Below are positions 62,991 through 64,000 of a stretch of DNA of 64,000 bases, piece by piece. Made by a program: the position numbers and the translations under genes. The number at the start of each line of letters is the position of its first letter. Position 1 is the stretch's first letter. The notes under the pieces were generated by a model. The model was not told the origin of the DNA. It was given only the letters and a program-made list of their open reading frames with translations, and ran no database searches. Location: the NCBI GenBank assembly GCA_036785375.1, contig JAWMAR010000971.1, positions 372,001 to 436,000 on the forward strand, read 5' to 3'. The DNA is from Leucoraja ocellata. Lineage: Eukaryota.

Positions 62991-64000
62991 CCCGGCATAA
63001 CCACAGCCTGTCAGGAGGAGGACCAGAGGACCTATCAGGTTCCACTGTACAATAGGATGATGTGGCAGAGGTCTGCCTGACATCAGTAATCACCCTCTCC
63101 AGAGAGAACCTTTCAATGCTGCTGCATTCCTTCAAACCATGGGGGAATATGCCAGGCGATCTGTGTGGAAAGAACACTCAATGAAGTAATGACTGGTTAA
63201 CCAATTAATGCCTCGGGTCTCTCACGAACATCTTCAGACAACCGGCTCCAGGGATATTCCGGATCACATTGAACGGTATAAAAGATGCAAGCAGATGGTC
63301 GTGTTTCGTTGTCTGTGAGGATGGAAGTTCAGACCTGTTACAACATGGACTTCCTCGAGTTCATACATCAGCGATGTAGGTTCCAAAGAAATACATCGAT
63401 TGAAATTATATTAAATGCACCCATAAAGGTCAGCAGTGTTTGGAGAGAATTACTGCACAGAGCTGAGCTAAATGTTACTCAGTACATATGAACTACAAAA
63501 ATCTACATTCGACACCAGAATATTGCCTTTGCCATTGGCATCTGTTCTCAGTTATTGCTATGGTTGTGCAACTATTTTTCACATTATTCTTTCATAATTC
63601 CCCCCCCCCTCTTTCCACACAGATCCCCCCCCCCCCTCCATACAAATGTCAATGAACTGTGTTGAAGGCTTGAGCACTCAACACAAAGAACATTGTTTAA
63701 TTAGCAGTCCAGTCGGAGATCTGCTGATCACTTGGATGGAACGGCTCCTGGCCTCAAGTACTGAACATGGCAGCTGATTCCTGATGTGCTGCAGGTCAAC
63801 TTCAGTGCACCCCAACCTCTGCACTGACCCACGACTTTACCCGTCCACAGCCTTCCCATGTCACCTCCCGTTAGTTCATGTCACTGCAAAGGAAAACTGG
63901 CATCTTCAGAGAAACTGTGCACATCTTGTGCAGGGTCCATGTGCATTCCATTAAATAAGAGTGCATGCTGATTAAGTTACTGGACTCGCAATGAGAAGCT

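Overview
Eukaryotic, repeat-rich, apparently non-coding DNA. It is most likely an intron or gene desert of a cartilaginous fish (skate/ray-type repeat landscape: HE1-like tRNA SINEs, CR1/HER1-like LINE 3' fragments, Rex1/Babar LINE fragments, Penelope-like short repeats); this is an inference from the repeat families. No host protein-coding exon could be identified with confidence, and every protein-like ORF in the track is a LINE remnant. Four things stand out. (1) A ~170-bp TSD-flanked retro-insert at 36428-36597 whose first ~55 nt fold into a complete minimal HDV-like self-cleaving ribozyme and which ends in an (AAG)n tail, resembling a non-autonomous Ingi/Vingi-type element. (2) A chimeric retrocopy of a ~254-nt 18S rRNA fragment fused to a CR1 LINE 3' tail, inserted into a SINE at 12628-12983. 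(3) A family of TSD-flanked, often fold-back short elements carrying minimal hammerhead-ribozyme cores (Penelope-like). (4) A young CpG-rich Harbinger-type MITE with a duplicated left end. Two N-runs are present (12829-12964, 46558-46900). Repeat boundaries are read by eye and approximate unless a TSD is given.
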